Positions 11,891 through 26,848 of a DNA stretch of 64,000 nt are shown here, piece after piece. The notes below the pieces were generated by a model. It had not been told where the DNA came from and did no database searches. It saw only the letters and a list, made by a program, of their open reading frames with translations. The stretch spans positions 13,020,001 to 13,084,000 of the forward strand of contig OX597818.1 in assembly GCA_951406725.2 (NCBI GenBank), read 5' to 3'. Each line of letters opens with the position of its first letter. The first letter of the stretch is position 1. A program made the position numbers and the translations under genes. This DNA comes from Octopus vulgaris. Its lineage: Eukaryota.

Positions 11891-13024
11891 TGCATATGTA
11901 TTCCCACATACATATACGTACGTTCCCACAAGCGTTAATTGGCGTCGAAGAGAACTCGATAATATAAAGACTGAATAAAATCATTAATCAGGAATGTCGT
12001 TTGCTATCTGACATGAGGCTCTCTGACATCATTTAATCCCGTACTTTCCTTTTTGTGTCGCCTTATCCTCACACATGATAGAAATTACGAACTGCTATTC
12101 TGATTGAACTAAGCTTTCCAGAGAGACGCTGATGCGTTCTTAGATCGTTCCTTAAGTTAATTCTTCCGTATGTCATTTCATTATCAACACAATCTATATG
12201 TTCCTTTTATATTAAAGTAATTGTTATGGTGTTCTATGAAGTCAGTCCGGATGGACATTCTATTCGAAAGCATTATGGATCTTTGTGTGTATAATATATT
12301 ATTGACTCTGAGAATCCTTGTCATTCTTGACGTTTACTACGCTAGGTGATATTGCAAGACTAATGGAAACTTAAATACATTGGCACAAATACACATAATG
12401 GCAAATTGTGAAGAAATAACCTAATGAATCCAATAAGCAGAGAGAAATGTATGCAATAAATGAATGAATATAAAGTATGAGAATTAATGACAGAAAACCT
12501 CCTGTAGAATTATGGAGTCTGATATTTACAGTAAAATAAAATGAGATAGATGCACTAAGTCAGAGAGTGGAGTAGAGAGTGAACGATAGATCACTGATAA
12601 ACGATTGAGCGAAGTTATCACACTGTACAGAAATATTGCATTTTCATCGTCTTGGATAGTTGTGTTTGAGGAATAGGAAATTGATAATAATGGGGTACGC
12701 CTAAAGTATTGACGCTATACTAGCACGATTTGGAACGGCTGTAAAGCAGTTCGGCTGTCTTGATCAAAAACGCATCACAGAGGGAAATGTGTTAAAGGAA
12801 GATAATCAGAAAAGAATAAAGAGAGACCAATGGAAACAAGATTACTGAGAGTAGCGATTATATGAGTAAAATTCATACGTGGTTGATTTGTGATGAAGCA
12901 GAGTGATTCTTGTTTTATTTTATATTAGATTAGATCAATGAATAGAGAATTCAATAGAGAGATAAGCATCAGTTGCAGGTGCGCGGGAGGTCGTTACTTG
13001 AAAAGAATTCAGAAAGAGAAAACA

Positions 13025-13259
13025 AAGGAGAGAGATAGAGAGAGAGGGAGAGGGAGAGAGAGACAGAGAGATAGAGAGAAGGAGAAAGATAGAGATAGAG
13101 AAACAGAGAGAGAAAGAAAGACATTGAGTGGAACACTGATTTCAATTGAATTTTGTAAAAACGAAACGATAATACAATTTCAGCGAAGGACGAGTGATTA
13201 CAACTTCATGAAAAATGACATTGGTGAAGGGAAAATGTATTGAAATTGAGAGATAGAGT

Positions 13260-13301
<42 letters not shown>
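13025..13301. repeat. (GA)n-rich low-complexity tracts
   Basis: Seen directly. Confidence 0.9.
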
Positions 13302-13304
<3 letters not shown>

Positions 13305-14029
13305 GGAAAGGGAATAAGGGGAGAGTGAGATAATGAGTGAGAGATCCTTAGACTTGGACAGAATGGGAATTGTCTACCTCACAACAGTTATCAGATTGGT
13401 GAAGGAAGAAGAGATAAATCATACAAACTAGTGAGACAAAAGAAGAATGATTGAATTCGATGAAAAATTCTTGGCATTATGTAGTGCTTATAGTAGTATT
13501 GTATATCTGGCGACTAAACAAATTAGTAATAAAGAAAATAGATAAAGGAATAATAATAAACTACTGGCTGTGCAATCAATATTAATTTATACGACACATA
13601 GGAATTGTTATGAAGTAAACGTTTTGGAGTATGGCATAAGATATTACAATGCTATACACAGGGGAACGCTACACCTTCATTTGAGCTGCAAGCAAATGCA
13701 ACAACACTCTTCAAAACCATGACATCTGTGTAATATAATTATAGCAATGCTACAAAATGCTAGATAGTTAAAGTTTCTCAAGTCGTTACAATATCAAGGA
13801 GATTTAAGAGTGTCACAGTTATATACTTCCACATCACCATAACTGTAGAGAATGACTACTACGCGAAGAAATTCGTGTACCGTTGTACTTCATCGAAGCC
13901 GATCTGGAGTGTAATGCTTAAAACATATGTAAATATGAATTCTTTGTAGTGATACGAAAATCACAAATCGAAAGTTTTGAATGATATATATTTATGTAAT
14001 AAGCAGCTTGATTTATTTACAGTTATATA

Positions 14030-15250
14030 AACGCATCATAATAGAAGTGTAGTGAAACAAATGGCAGATATTTCAGCCAGTCTGATTTGATTGAATGCAC
14101 CCCGGTATTATCCAAAATGGTAGCATCATTAGAGCAGCCGAGAAAATATTTGTTCTGCTTATGAAATTGGTACAAAAATTCGATGTGTTTATCAGCAAAG
14201 GTAAATTTAGTCATTTCGACTCTATACAGATAATAATCAGAAACTAAGCGTTATACATTTCTACTAGATGCTTGAGTTGTGTGGTATTAAAGACCTCGCT
14301 TTATAGAGAATTGCAGTATGCATAAAAAACTGCTATTCTGCCGCAGGGTTTTATGGAGTGTAATTTATATAAACTAGATTATCGAAGCCATTACCCATAG
14401 TATCTCCAGAACCATTTGCAAGACATGTTCAGAATTTTTATAGAGTCAAATTTGTCATTTCCAATTGAATAATTCTAAGCATAAGAGTTGTTCCTCGCGG
14501 GATAATTTGTCGATTTCCTAAACATAATATTATGGTTTCTCCAAAAAAAGCTATTAAGGTTCTCCATAATATTAGAGAATGATCTCAATATAGAAGGAGC
14601 TACTTAATGCAATGACCTGTTTGTCATGCACATTCAGCTTACAAAAGCTTTCTGTTGTGTCATCTTGATCCAAACAACTCGGGAAAATTACATCCGTTGT
14701 GTCATTTTTCGACACACGTCATGGTATGCTTCATAATAATTAATTTCGTTTGCAAATGAACCAGCTGACAGATTTCGTAGCGGCAACATTTTTATTTCAT
14801 ATTCGTGTAGGTTTTACTGCACACATTTTTCGATTTTTTCTTTACTTTCAAATGTGCAAATTCCAGTGGATTTTAAATTGATCAGCGTTTCGTTATATCG
14901 CGATCACGCATAATGTGTTGGATCGAAGCATAATATAGTGGCCTGCAGTTGGTCATTATCATCGAAGGTCATCCAGAATGTCCCATGTGTTCACATGTCA
15001 AGGATCTCATTTTACTACATCTTCTTTTCAAACTAAAGTTGATCCATGTATTCACTAGAGCTCAACTAGCCCAAACCGTGGCTGATGTTGCGATCAGTTC
15101 GCAATCATCTGAAATTGATATGCGTCCCGTATTTAATTTGAAAGTCAATCACACACAGAAATAATAAGAGAATATAAAGTCAATAACATAATCGAATTAA
15201 GAAAATTTGCGATTTAAGATGATATATTGCATAAACATAATTCGAGAAAT
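14030..15250 (-). mobile_element. Highly degraded mariner transposase relic
   Basis: Minus-strand remnants GHSG*PS..DNDQLQA, MTCVEK (TGDEKW-like), SDYYLYR (SDYHLFR-like). Confidence 0.55.
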
Positions 15251-15464
15251 GTTAATTCCAAATTGAGAATAAAATTCTAAATTAACTAAAAAATTAAACG
15301 TAGTAATTTGTCATCAGTAAAGAGCTTTCCGTTATTTACCTTCTAAGTCGAAATCCCGACTGACAGTGAACCTTCTGTTTGATACAGCCAAGGCTGTCAA
15401 CTTGCAGTGCGAATCAACTACAAAGTATTCATACAATCGAAAGTAGGCTTTCACTAATGTTTTA

Positions 15465-15613
15465 TAGTAAGAAGCTTGCTTTCCAGCCACAGTGTTGTTC
15501 CAGGTTCTGTCCCACTATAAGGTAACTCGGATAAGTGTCTTCCACTATAGGCTCGGGTCATACAAAGCCTTGTCAGTGGACTTGATAGACATAAACTGAA
15601 AGAAGCCCGTCGT
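15465..15613 (+). mobile_element. tRNA-derived SINE family B (degenerate copy also at about 22440-22680)
   Basis: gtaagaagcttgctttcc...caggttctgtcccact...aaagccttgtcagtggacttgatagac..aactgaaagaagcccgtcg followed by (TA)n. Confidence 0.7.
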
Positions 15614-15719
15614 GTATATATATATATATACTAACAATATAGGATGAAGTCCCTTTCTCTACAGAAAAGAATTCCATCAAAAAGCGTGGCAGTATATTAA
15701 AAACACATTACGGTTGAAG

Positions 15720-16015
15720 TATAAACATCTTATAATTAAGGGCTAAAGAAGGTTATTCTATAGCAAACACACTGATTTATCCACTTATAATCCACTTGTT
15801 ACAGGAAAACTGAACTTAAAGCGGGCAACTAACCTTTAGAAAAATTTAAATTTCGTTATCTCTATATTGAATCAATTTCGGAATTAATCCCTATAAATTT
15901 ATAAAGGTTAGTTGCCCGTTTTCAGTTCAATTTTCCTGTAACAAGTGGATTATAAGTGGATAAATCAGTGTATTGGCTATAGAATAACCTTCTTTAGCCC
16001 TTAATTATAAGATGT

Positions 16016-16020
<5 letters not shown>
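15720..16020. repeat. Fold-back palindrome, ~120-bp arms, abutting (TA)n
   Basis: tataaacatcttataattaagggctaaagaaggttattctatagc... mirrored at 15900-16020. Confidence 0.95.
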
Positions 16021-16056
<36 letters not shown>

Positions 16057-19000
16057 TTGTATGTGCGTATAGATATATGTTTATGTAGGTACATGTGTGG
16101 GTGTGTGCAGGTATTGTCTTATATTTCTTGGTGGCTATATGAGAAATTATGTGAACAACACCCGTGAACAATACTGCAGTTCTTTCTTCTTTTTTCTTGG
16201 AGACAGTAAAACGAAAAACATGCTTGTGCGTGTTCAAAATACATATGCGAGAGTGCATCTAACCGGCCAGTAGAATTTTCTTCCAGTTTCGATCACCCAG
16301 TCAGTATGAGCTGCACTCTGGTTGGATAATGCGTTATGCGCATGTGTGGATTGTGGGTGGTCATGAATTGTCACGAGTATGTAGCTGACGGGGATATGCA
16401 TATTTTTCATCAACTCACACACATACAAATACACATATGCATATGTAAGATTTGTATGTAAATCAATTCCAATCTTTAGATGTTTGTATTTTTCTTGCAA
16501 GGAAGGAGCTGACTTGCAGCAATGTTACAAATCTCCATCGTTAGACTATAGTTAACAAAACAATGTTGCTCTTATCCTTACCGATTGTATTTATAATGTA
16601 CGTGTTAGCTGTTTAATTTATTTTTCAGATTATCACTAAGGCTATTACTAACAACACCAAGCGCACCAAACATTATTTTTGCAAATTTGAATTTCACATC
16701 TGTGAATAGAGACTGAATGATTCGGAGAAATTGTCTATTGTTTTTCTTTGACTGTCTGTTTCGAAGACAATCACATAATCAAACCAGTTTACTTGTGTAT
16801 CAGTGAATATCTCCCGTGTCAATTCCAAACAAATATACTTAGTCTAATATATTTACACTATGCAGATGGTTTGATGTGCATGTTCTACCATTATCAAGTG
16901 CGCTATTGTTTACTTATGTATTCAGTAAGACCATATACTCTATATTTATCCACAAACATTCTTCTCCAGATGGCTTTGCATATTGGTATATCAACAGCTC
17001 TACGTCACATTTGTAGATGACATTTATGGGTGCCTTGATGACGTTCTCGGATACTGTTTATGCGTATGTGTAGGTAGTTATGAGTATATTCTAGCAAATA
17101 TGCTTCGTATAGTTGAATCGTGCCGTATATTTCATATCACATTCAAAATTTATCATGATGTTGAGGTTTAGTGTTTTGTAATCTAATTGGGGCCAACTGC
17201 TGAACATAGAGAGTGAGAGATAAAGACACAGCGATGTGTGATGTGCGCACGTCCGTATGTGTGCGCGCGCGTATTTAGCAAACAATGTCATTCAGACACA
17301 TGGTCGTTGCTTTTGAAGCAAAAATAGCTACGAAATATGTCTGACATTTTTCTAAAGATTCTAACATTATGAAAATTCTTAATCTGGTCAAAACATATTG
17401 AAGTGGGTATTAAATAAATTATTAGACAAATGTTCACATTATTTGTCATATAATAACAATACACGTACATGTTGATATTATATAGACAGCAATACAAAAC
17501 ATTCTAGATAAATAACCTAACGGAAACATATCAAAGCGGACAATCGCCTGTTAAGGAAAATCAGACCAACAGTCTTCAAATTACTGCCACTCAAATAAAA
17601 GAATTGAGGAACATTTTAAATGTGCACCAAAACACACTGTCCCTGAAAGACTGTTGTAATTGTATTATGTCTTATCATCAGAGAGCACTATCGTAAGAGA
17701 TCAATTCTACACATCACCATTTACACATACACCCACGCATAGAAACGTAAACACACACAGACACACACACATATACATGTCAAAAATATATTCGCAAAAC
17801 TCTCGTCAAGTGTATATTTCCTAAACAAACGAATCGATCCATTGTACTCTTATTGTATGGCAGCTGTGAATAAACTATCAAGTTGCTGAACCGAGAAACA
17901 AGATCTATAATGTAGGTTGACGACATCAACGACTAGTGTCCACATATAAGTAAGACACTTCTACGTCATCGCTTTTGATATCATTATGCGTACACGACCT
18001 TAGAAATCTCAAATTAGTATTTGTATTATTATTGAACCGGACTAATCGATATCATGCTAAAGGTGGCTCCATCATTCTTGCCATTTGAATTTTACGATTG
18101 AACAAGATCTGTGAAATCTAATACTGTATCTACAAATTTATTCGCGTTTTTGCGTCAGTCGTGAGAACTCATTTTATCTAATTGCCAAAGCAACTTGGGA
18201 AAACATGTGTTAGGAATGTGTATGTTAGATACAGCAGTAATTTAGTGTGACTTGTCACTTTGTTTTCCTACAACGCTACTTCGTACTTTGAGAATTCAGT
18301 AATTTTCGAATATCTAATTGCCTGCTCGTTTTAAAGCATGTTTATAGACACTAATTTGTTACTCCATCCCTTAGTTTACAATAGATCAGGGGTCAATAAA
18401 ACATCACTGAATATATCAATATTTAAAAATACATAGCAATAAAAATTATTTATTTAATAAGTATGGAAAATGTAACATCATTACAATGAAAGATTTAATG
18501 GAGAACATTTTCAACATAGTGAAAACGGAAAAGAACTAAACGCGAAATGACAAAACAAATTATTCATATGCTAGAATATTTTGAAATATGAAAGTGGGTG
18601 ATAAAATTGTTAATTTCATGTCAATGTAGTTAGACAATCAAAATAGCCAATATAAACAACGTATGTGCTACTGCAATATAATCAATCTGTCAGATACGCA
18701 TGAATACTATAGTTAGGGACCGGTTGATATTCTTGTGTTGCGGAATGCATGAAATGAAAAATATATTGAGCGTGTTTCTAATCCCCGCAGAAAAGGAGTT
18801 TATCAAACGAAAATGAATTATCTCACTTTCGAAGATAATTTTGTTTTCTACAACTATGTATTTGTTTTGTTTGGAAATAATCTCACCAGTACGTCAATCA
18901 CTGAGTACAAATTAGTTAAGAATCAGTAAATTGAAATGTGTTCCTGGAATAGATTAGTTTCACATATTAGTAAGTTACTAACATATATGAGCATTGAAGT

Positions 19001-21999
19001 CAACTACGCTTCGGTTTGAAATTAATCAAATACTTTCTGCAGGTTACCACAAGGAACTATTTGAGATTCATGACATGTAGACTCTACAGATGTTCGAAGG
19101 TATCTTGGGCCTGAACGCAGTATTATACCCGCAAAGAGTGGTAACATTTAATTCAGCATATATATTCTCAACCTGACAATTGATATTCCACTAAAGTTAG
19201 GATTAAACAAATCCACATGTGTAAAATAAATTATGCAGGAAGATACAAAATTTTTGGATCAAGTGCTCCATTATGTAAAACATTTGTCCAGTTTATCTCA
19301 TTTTGAATTAGCTCTCATCCGTGTTTTATATAAGCTATTTATCCATTCTATTCACTTGTCTATCAACGTGGTATAATTTCTTTAATTCTGTGTATCAAAC
19401 TAAAAATATGTTCGCGTCTGACTTTGCTAACCGTGACTTATTTGATATTGTATGCCATGTCAGGCATTACTCATGTTAAACTGGTGAGTTTGATTTCATG
19501 TTTAAGGTTTGCTACATCCTTATACAGCAAAACGTAATATCAGGCCGAATTTTGTACATGTGGATACACACTGACTTTTCAGGACTCTCCATTTAGGTAT
19601 ACACCTTCAGTCGTTTCAGTGCAATTATTGGAATATTCTGCACTTGAATATTCTCTTCTTTCTTTCGATGTTTTGTATCATTGTACTGATCCTGTGCATT
19701 GAAAATCAATTCATTTTGTTTCTGTTTTAACACAGTTGTCTTTAGCTGCTTTCATTTTCCACTGCCTTGTTTATCGAATTTTCTCGTAGTTTATTTCTTT
19801 CTTTTTCTATTGGGGAGGGTGCATTCTATTTTCAGCAGTATGAAATTCCATACTGATGCAATATTTAAAAACTTTGTTCTATTACCTTGTGCCTATCGAA
19901 CTCTATTATCGTTTGTTAATTATTTTTCTTCCTTCTACATGTAGAATATTCTTTTCCTCAACTCCCCTCACCGCAAAGGTTAGTTTCCTTTCCCTTGTTT
20001 CTATGCATATTTTAGTTCTATTGCAATTACTTTGTAGAAGACCCCTATTTGATTCAAGTGCCATTTTCTCAATGTGCAAATTAGGTGCATCCTACGTATA
20101 CCAGGTGTTGCATGGAATCTTTCGAACGCTACTTTTATGTTTTTTTTTTTGTTTGGTATGACTAAGATCTTCAATTATCTTAAATTCCAGTTTATGTGGA
20201 AGCGAAGTTTAAACTTGGGATATTTAGAGTATTTCGTATAAATTATATTTTATGTAGAATAGGTATCAGTGTATTTTCCAGAATTATTCTGAATCTGATT
20301 CATTTGTTGTATTCATTTCTAATTTACAATTCTAGTTTTGTGTCTTGTGCCTTATCGCTATATCTACTCTGGGTGTAAGTTCAATACTGCATCATGGATT
20401 TCGGTACCAGGATCAGATCCAATAATGATCTCATTTATTGGTCTCAACTTACATTAATTTGATTAATGCTCTAAGAGATTTAGCTCATATGTTGCGCATA
20501 AATTTATTTGCAGATATTGACCAAACTCGTGAAAAATAGTTTATAAATTTTACGCTTCGGTTCTATTCTCAAATAATAGTTCAACATAACCTCGGTAAGG
20601 AGGAGTTTCGTAGTATTTTTTCTGTGCAATTTACAATCTTTGAGACATCATCATCATCATCATCATCATCATCGGTAGTAGGAATAGCAGCAGCACCATC
20701 ACAAGGAAATAATCTAATCCATAAGTTATATATGACATACTAATATTGAAATGACAATCAGGAATTAAATGACATAATATTTGTTGCATAGCCTATCGTA
20801 TACACTAAATATTTCTATGTGCAGCGTCATACATTATGCAGTCAACTCACTATGGCTTTTGATTTAAATAATAATCCTCATCCATCTTTACTAATAATTC
20901 ATTTCATAATTTATTATGCTTTAATCACAAGTCTCCAAACGTCATTTCTACAATAGGATCCGCACTCGTTATGCTTCCAAATTTAATCGTTAGTAAAGAA
21001 GAAGAATTAAACATTATAAAGAACAGAAAAAGAAAAGCTGAACGTAATGCGATATGTGGCATGGTCCTCGTATTTTTGAAACAGTGTGCTCGAACCTATT
21101 AAGTATATTTTAAAATTGAGTTTATTTCTTGTAGATTTCACACCAATCAAGTTCCCCGGTTCTCTTTTTATATCTATCGTCAATCTATGAAGATTGATGT
21201 TTTCAGACATGAGAAATATGTTCTTTAAACTTTGACCTTACAATGTATTCTGAAATAAATTATGCGTAGCTTCTACCCCTAAGTACGTAAATATTTAGCA
21301 GTTAAAGTAAGGAAACGTAGCCAAAATACTTATCGTTTTGTCCGTATTCTTGTCAATACACTGTAATAAAGATTTAGTCGGTTTGTTTATTAAACTTGAG
21401 AGTAATCTAACATCTGTTCATATTTGATCTATTTCTCTTCCTTATTGATTAGTTTTACCTTTGCAACTGACAGCCAGCTACATTGTACACAATCGTAGAT
21501 GACAGGTTCTTGACTACACATCTAATTTCATCGCTTCCTCTTTCGATACTATTAAATCAACAGTCATTTCCTCACAGCAACCTAAATTTGTATTTTCTTT
21601 CTGCGAATGAGCTTTTTATATGTAAGTTTTTCTACCCAGAGTTTTTCCATGGTAGAGAAAAGCATAAATATTATAACAGGCTATTGATTATTTTTCTATG
21701 ATTTGACAGCCCATTTGTGACAAATACATTACCAGTTTAAATAAGCCAATCACAAGTAGATTGTGCAATAAATAAAATGTAAAAGTGGTTGTTAATTTTT
21801 GGTTTCAATTAAGTTATTATTCAAACGGACATGTGTGACAATAGTAGTAGGATACAAACGAACAAATATATTTTAGCACGTGAAAGAATGTTTGACACTT
21901 TCAAAATGAAATAATAGGATAAAATCTGAAGATAAACCTCTAAATGGGTTTCTCAGGCCTTGGCTTCTAATAATTTCTTATTTCCTAATGCAACCAGCT

Positions 22000-22375
22000 T
22001 GCGCGTCTCAAAGATGTCACTGTTCTTTACGTTCTCAGTACGAATACCTTACATTTCATCCTTTCGGCGTCGATAGAATAAATACCAACTGAATGCTGAA
22101 ATTGATGTAATCGACTTACACAATCCATTAAAATTTCTTGATTTTTACCAAAATTAGGAACTATATTACTGAGGCAGCAAGTTGTTGAATCGTTAGCACA
22201 TCCGAGGGAAAAAAATGGTTAGCAAAATTTCTTCAAGCTTATTAAGTTCTGAGTTCAAATTCCGCCGACGTTGACTTTGCTTTTCATCCTATCGGTTCGA
22301 TAAAATTAAAATTAATTGAGCACTGGGATTGATATAATCAACTAGATCATTTACCCTAAAATTGCAGTCCTATTA
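22000..22375 (+). mobile_element. Two degenerate SINE family A copies
   Basis: tttcatcctttcggcgtcgatagaataaatacca; gttctgagttcaaattccgccgacgttgactttgcttttcatcc. Confidence 0.75.
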
Positions 22376-22967
22376 CATAATGAAGTATAGGGGGAAAAGA
22401 TTAGGCATTGAACTTCGCAGTATTTAATATAATTATATATAGTGTGAAGTTAAGAAGTTCATTTTTCACCCATGTGGTTTTCATTCAATCCCATAGTGCG
22501 GCAACATGGTTAAGACATACTACTATGACCTGAAAGCGATAATTTTTTGAGTGAGTATAGTAGATGGAAACCGTGTGAAAACCCATCATTTGTCTCATAT
22601 GTGTCGTTTTGGCTATATTTATCCTCCCACTGCTTGATAACCATCGACTTATTTAGATCCCGTAAGTTAGCGTTCTTTAAGAAATATAAAATTTGAAATA
22701 TCTTTATCCACTTTTTCAAATAGAAAATTTGAAGATTTCTACCCCTTGTTAGGTGGAGCAGTATTTGCTCCGTGAATTGCTTGTTTGTAACGACAGTGGC
22801 ATACCTGAGAGAGGACGTTCATAAAGCCTGCGTGACATATGGGAGGTTGACGTCTTATTGAAGAAGTATGTATGTAGATCGGTTAATACCATATTTTTTC
22901 TTAGGCTTTCTTATATTATTTATATGTGTCTGTGTGTATGCACGCATTTGTGTATACAGATTTACAA

Positions 22968-23007
<40 letters not shown>

Positions 23008-23899
23008 ACAAACCTACTCTTGTGTATAAGTATATATGTATATATGCGTGTGTGTTTCAAAGTTGTGGCAAATTATGATGAGGCATACAATGCGATGCTT
23101 ACCCCTACTTTTTAATTAAACTGAATTAAGCTGTGTGTTCGACTAAAAAAGGATTAGAAACCTAAATAGCTGACAGCTAAAATTAAACTTGATCGATGCC
23201 TACCCTAAACATATGTGAGTAGATTTTGCATATAACTAAATAATAATCATAAGAATAATCATGATTATGAAAACAAAAGCGAGCTAAATGAAATACTTAT
23301 AGAAAATTTTGCATAAAATTTGAAAAGAGTTTTTGAATGATGGCAGTCGAAGTTTTTAAGTTCGGGTTTTTGCTTGAAATTAAATTATGTTTAATTAAGT
23401 ATCACGTCAAAGGTATTTTATTCCAGTGGAATTAAGAAATCAACTCACAAATAAACGAAACCCACATAGCTATACACACACATACAGACAGTCGCATATC
23501 TATGTATTTATGTATGTATCTATGTACACACATGTTTCTACGGGCATACGCACACCATGATCTTAACACATGCAGACGATGGTCCAATTGACACACACAC
23601 ACATATATATATATATATATGTATATATATACATACATACACAAGAGTTAAGGAATGCTGTAGATAAGAAGCCGGCTACATATCCAAGCGAGGTGTATAC
23701 CGATGGCTACTTTTCAGGCCAAGGATGTTTTGATTAGATGAAAGTATACATTGTCGCAAGAAGGTACATGTTAAGACATGTTTACATAGTCACAAGCAGG
23801 CACAAGTTATTTTTATTGAATCTTCCATGAATTCACACGTACCTCCTTCCGACAATGTAAACTTTCATTTAATCAAGACATCATTAGCCCGCTTGGATG

Positions 23900-24121
23900 C
23901 TTACTATTTACGAGGTTCTGCTCGCAATGAAATATATGCAGCCCGAATCATATCTACTCCGTTCCTTAACTCTTGTATTCTTATTTGCTTGCCCGACAAA
24001 CCTGGTTGCCTACCGTTAAATATAAACGACCGTTTTTCAATTTATCATACTTCTACAAGAAAAAAATTCACAACCTACCGTCTCAATAAATCACTATAGT
24101 CTCTGGAAGTTGTTTTTATAA
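23900..24121 (+). mobile_element. Dispersed repeat, probable 3' relic of a Penelope-like element (homologous to 34355-34600 on the minus strand)
   Basis: attcacaacctaccgtctcaataaatcactatagtc matches the reverse complement of 34355-34415; the minus copy reads R.IWEESLIK..P.LN-like. Confidence 0.55.
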
Positions 24122-24124
24122 TTT

Positions 24125-24218
24125 TACGGTTTGCTTGAGGCTAACTTTCTTCCTTTCATATCATATCATATATATATATATATATATATAAAGGAAGTTA
24201 GCCTCAAGCAAACCGTAA
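24125..24218. repeat. Inverted repeat around (TA)n
   Basis: ttacggtttgcttgaggctaactt / aagttagcctcaagcaaaccgtaa. Confidence 0.92.
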
Positions 24219-24429
24219 TAAATATAACAAACTACAATAATATGTAGTAGTCTCACGCTTAGAAAAAATGGAAGTCTCCTTGACTTTTTCATCCTACGCT
24301 CTTCTACTACAAAAATGAGGAAACAAACCGTATGAAGAGAAAAAAACAGATTAACTGTTACACATGTTTTACATGTACACAAACATACATGCATATATAA
24401 AACCTATCTATACACACACACACACACAT

Positions 24430-24468
<39 letters not shown>

Positions 24469-24668
24469 GATCGAGGGTTGAAATACATAACCAATTATTC
24501 AACTTAAATTTTATAAATAAGTTTCGTATGGTTGTTGGCGACTCATAACCAAAGTTTAACTACTGTATTTTATTATTCAAAAGAGAAGGTTGTGGTCTTC
24601 AGTTGCACAACATAGCATAACAACATTTTGTATTTACCCGTATCACATTTACAAAATACATACAAGCT

Positions 24669-24708
<40 letters not shown>

Positions 24709-26078
24709 TAATGCAGCAGAACTAGAAACAAGAAGCGTTTTATCCTTATGAACTAATTTCATTATATTACATTCATTAATAAACTTAACAATCGTGACAT
24801 TGACTTACGGCTTCTACATAAACTTAATTAACTATTTATTCATTTCAATTAATTTCAATAGTAAATTCTAAACGACTTGCAGTTCCTTCTTCAATACTAT
24901 TCACATAGTTTATTATATGCCTAACCTTTTTTATTTATGTCTTCTTTTGTACACACACATACACACACACACGTACACGCACGCACACACACACATGTAT
25001 GTATTTGCAATCTTCTCATATTTTTCAATAGCTATTTCCTTGTTTACCCCCGTTGCGACATTTCAAGAAATATCTCTGCTTGAATAACACTTGCTTTAAT
25101 ATATTAAAAATATTTTCAAAATAAATCACTAGTGTGCCTTCAGAGGATATTGCATTATTCAATCTGTGTTCAAATAACACCTTTTTATTTTATTTTAGCT
25201 CAAATTTGAACACAAGCATGTGCACATATACATACATACTTTCACACGCACACACACGGACGCACACACACACACGAACACACACACGCACATACACACA
25301 CTCACACGCACACATATACTAGCATGTGCACTCGTCATTTGGATGGTGTAATTATAATAATGGTGCAGTCCAGTGGACGGTTTAATTTGAATTACCCCGC
25401 GCAGTAAGAAGTCGTTTCAAGTTGGTAAACGTAAAATGTATAGTTACCACTTTCGTTAGTAGTTTATGATATGGTATTAAGAATGTATACATTAGGGAAT
25501 GTATACATGTTTTAAAATACAAATTTGGCAGTTAGTAATAAGTGAAAGTCCATGAAATGAGATCGCAATTTCAGTAGGCATTAGGGATCCTATATCTTAT
25601 CTGAAGCATTTTGTATCTTATATTTATTTTCCTCGTAATACCTGGCACAACCGCATTGAAGCTTTGTTTTTTAATGATAGTCATGTATGATAAAGATAAG
25701 CAAACATTTATGTCAAGCACACATATAAAATAACGGCATGTACAAAAATAAATGCCAGAGCTATCATTCTTACCCTCTCTCTCACTCACACACACATAGA
25801 GCAAGACACTTCTCACTCTGACAACACACTTCACTTTCTATATCTCACAGTCAAACACACTGAAAAGGATGCAAGAAAAAGTAACTATATCAAATTTACG
25901 ATCTTTCTCTTTCACACACACACACACATACACAGAGCGATACATTCTCCCCCTCTCTCTCCCTCTCTCTCTCAGTCAATCACTCACACACTCACTCAAA
26001 AAAATGAGAGGCAAGATAAATAAAAAATGTACGCTGTTCTCTCCCTCAATCACACACAGACATTCACACACAGCAACA

Positions 26079-26116
<38 letters not shown>

Positions 26117-26667
26117 ACATACACACAAGACACTTTCTGTCTCCCAGCTGTCATCAACACATACACCAGTCCCTGTCAATTTTCTCTCTCTTTCACTTTA
26201 TGCTGACATCAAACGAAATGTACATTCCAAGCCACAGAAAACAGGAAATAAAATCATTTTACGGAATTTACCGGACGCTGTATGGTAACAGCTGATCTTG
26301 TTGTCTGTAATGTACTGTTTCAGTTTAGAGATATTGCAGACTGTTTCGCTGAGAGTGAGGTGATTCATACATATACACACACCTCTCGGTGTGAGGCAAA
26401 CAATAAATTTCTGACAGTTAATTCGCAATAGTCACTATACATTTTACTCCACAATAGTCACTATAGGCTTTACTGACCTTCTGAACTTAGATGCTCATTA
26501 CTCCATATTACTCTAGAAGTGAAAAGTCTAAAGAGTGTAGAACCTTTTGTGGAACATAGTGACGTATTAGCTAAGCATGAACAAAATCGGATAAACAATA
26601 TTGATTTTACAATGGATGAAGTCAATAGTTGGTCAAACTCAAACATTCAACTGCACTTATCTTTCGT

Positions 26668-26712
<45 letters not shown>

Positions 26713-26719
26713 TATCTAG

Positions 26720-26779
<60 letters not shown>

Positions 26780-26780
<1 letters not shown>

Positions 26781-26848
26781 ACTAAAAATAAGGGTGTCTG
26801 AGAGACACCACCATGCCCAAATAGCAGTCAAATCCCTTATTTTTAGTT
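26780..26848 (+). ncRNA. Degenerate type-I hammerhead-like motif with a 15-bp stem I
   Basis: AACTAAAAATAAGGGtgt-CTGAGAGA-caccaccatgcc-CAAA-TAGCAG-TC-aaatCCCTTATTTTTAGTT. Confidence 0.5.

Noticed and set aside
19200-20520. Very old LINE relic (YIN, LFAD remnants)
   Set aside because: Too decayed to support a call
24515-24605. Minus-strand CTGAAGA...GAAAC
   Set aside because: Stem II base does not pair
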